Below, piece after piece: positions 31,641-32,000 of a stretch of DNA of 32,000 nucleotides. Source of the stretch: an uncultured Actinomycetes bacterium (GTDB lineage Bacteria > Actinomycetota > Actinomycetes > S36-B12 > CAIYMF01); assembly GCA_963843975.1 (NCBI GenBank), contig CAWJMG010000001.1, positions 1,380,001 through 1,412,000 on the forward strand, written 5' to 3'. The stretch's first letter is position 1. Each line of letters begins with the position of its first letter. A model generated the notes under the pieces. The model worked only from the letters and a program-made list of their open reading frames with translations. It ran no database searches and was not told the origin of the DNA. The position numbers and the translations under genes were made by a program.

Positions 31641-32000
31641 GTGGCAGCCGTGACCCCGTCGGGCAAGACGCTTCCACGCGCTGCATCCGGCGCCCGCCGG
31701 CCGGTCGCCCACGTCGTCCACCCCGACGACTGCGACCCCAGCAGCTGCCCCTGCGACGACGCGGAGTGCTCGTTGAGCAAGTACGTGCGCGCCACCACCG
31801 CCGCCGCCGACCCGAGCCCCACGGGCGAGCACACGCTCGAGGCCACCGAGCAGGCCGTCGCCGAGCGCCTCGCGGGCCTCGAGGTCGACATGGCCGCGAT
31901 GGCCGCCGTCTCGAACATCTACCGCGCCGCCAACGCCGTACGGAACCACCTCGAGCGCACCGTGCTCGCGCCGCACGACCTCACCTGGACCGGCTGGGTC
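31641..32000 (+). CDS. MarR family transcriptional regulator with a Cys-rich N-terminal extension; 3' end beyond the window
   Basis: Hand translation from GTG 31641 gives VAAVTPSGKTLPRAASGARRPVAHVVHPDDCDPSSCPCDDAECSLSKYVRATTAAADPSPTGEHTLEATEQAVAERLAGLEVDMAAMAAVSNIYRAANAVRNHLERTVLAPHDLTWTGWV, open to the window end with high GC3. The last 40 aa match the usual start of MarR domains (SNIYRAANAVRNHLE...LTWTGW). It is absent from the ORF track because it has no stop. Confidence 0.68.
   Translation, partial: MAAVTPSGKTLPRAASGARRPVAHVVHPDDCDPSSCPCDDAECSLSKYVRATTAAADPSPTGEHTLEATEQAVAERLAGLEVDMAAMAAVSNIYRAANAVRNHLERTVLAPHDLTWTGWV

Noticed and set aside
1-32000. I searched by eye for rRNA, tRNA, CRISPR arrays, transposases, integrases, phage genes, toxin-antitoxin pairs and known defence-system genes.
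   Set aside because: No regularly spaced repeat array, no cloverleaf-like intergenic segment, and no recombinase, nuclease or helicase-type ORF was found. GC content is uniform apart from short regulatory islands, so nothing suggests a horizontally acquired island.

Overview
This is a very GC-rich chromosomal segment of actinobacterial type; three mycothiol-linked DinB/MDMPI-family genes point to Actinomycetota. I count about 34 protein-coding genes on both strands. I recognise no rRNA, tRNA, CRISPR array, transposase, integrase, phage gene or known defence system. Most long ORFs in the supplied track are Arg/Pro/Ala-rich artefacts of GC content lying opposite or out of frame to real genes. 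Gene content is core and accessory metabolism: an acyl-CoA synthetase, a nitrilase-family hydrolase, an RraB-like protein, a FadE5-like acyl-CoA dehydrogenase, Sua5/TsaC, RsgA, and a GlnA3-like gamma-glutamyl ligase with a GATase1 hydrolase. There are also transporters (MFS, ABC-2 exporter) and many one-component regulators (three or four MarR, one TetR, one GlxA/AraC). The most unusual locus is a tightly coupled operon at about 24.1-28.3 kb. It encodes a cytochrome P450, a phthalate-dioxygenase-reductase-type three-domain reductase, a VanA-like Rieske oxygenase homologue and an acetoacetate-decarboxylase-family protein. The Rieske homologue has lost one Rieske histidine and both mononuclear-iron histidines. 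Three otherwise convincing genes are each broken by a single extra base: a thioredoxin-NHL protein, a ferredoxin reductase and the PDR reductase. These breaks are either real pseudogenisation or assembly indels. Hand inspection of the AT-richer intergenic islands shows several palindromic operator families. Two of them recur at distant promoters and suggest small regulons. All function calls rest on motif and family recognition by eye; no database search was run.
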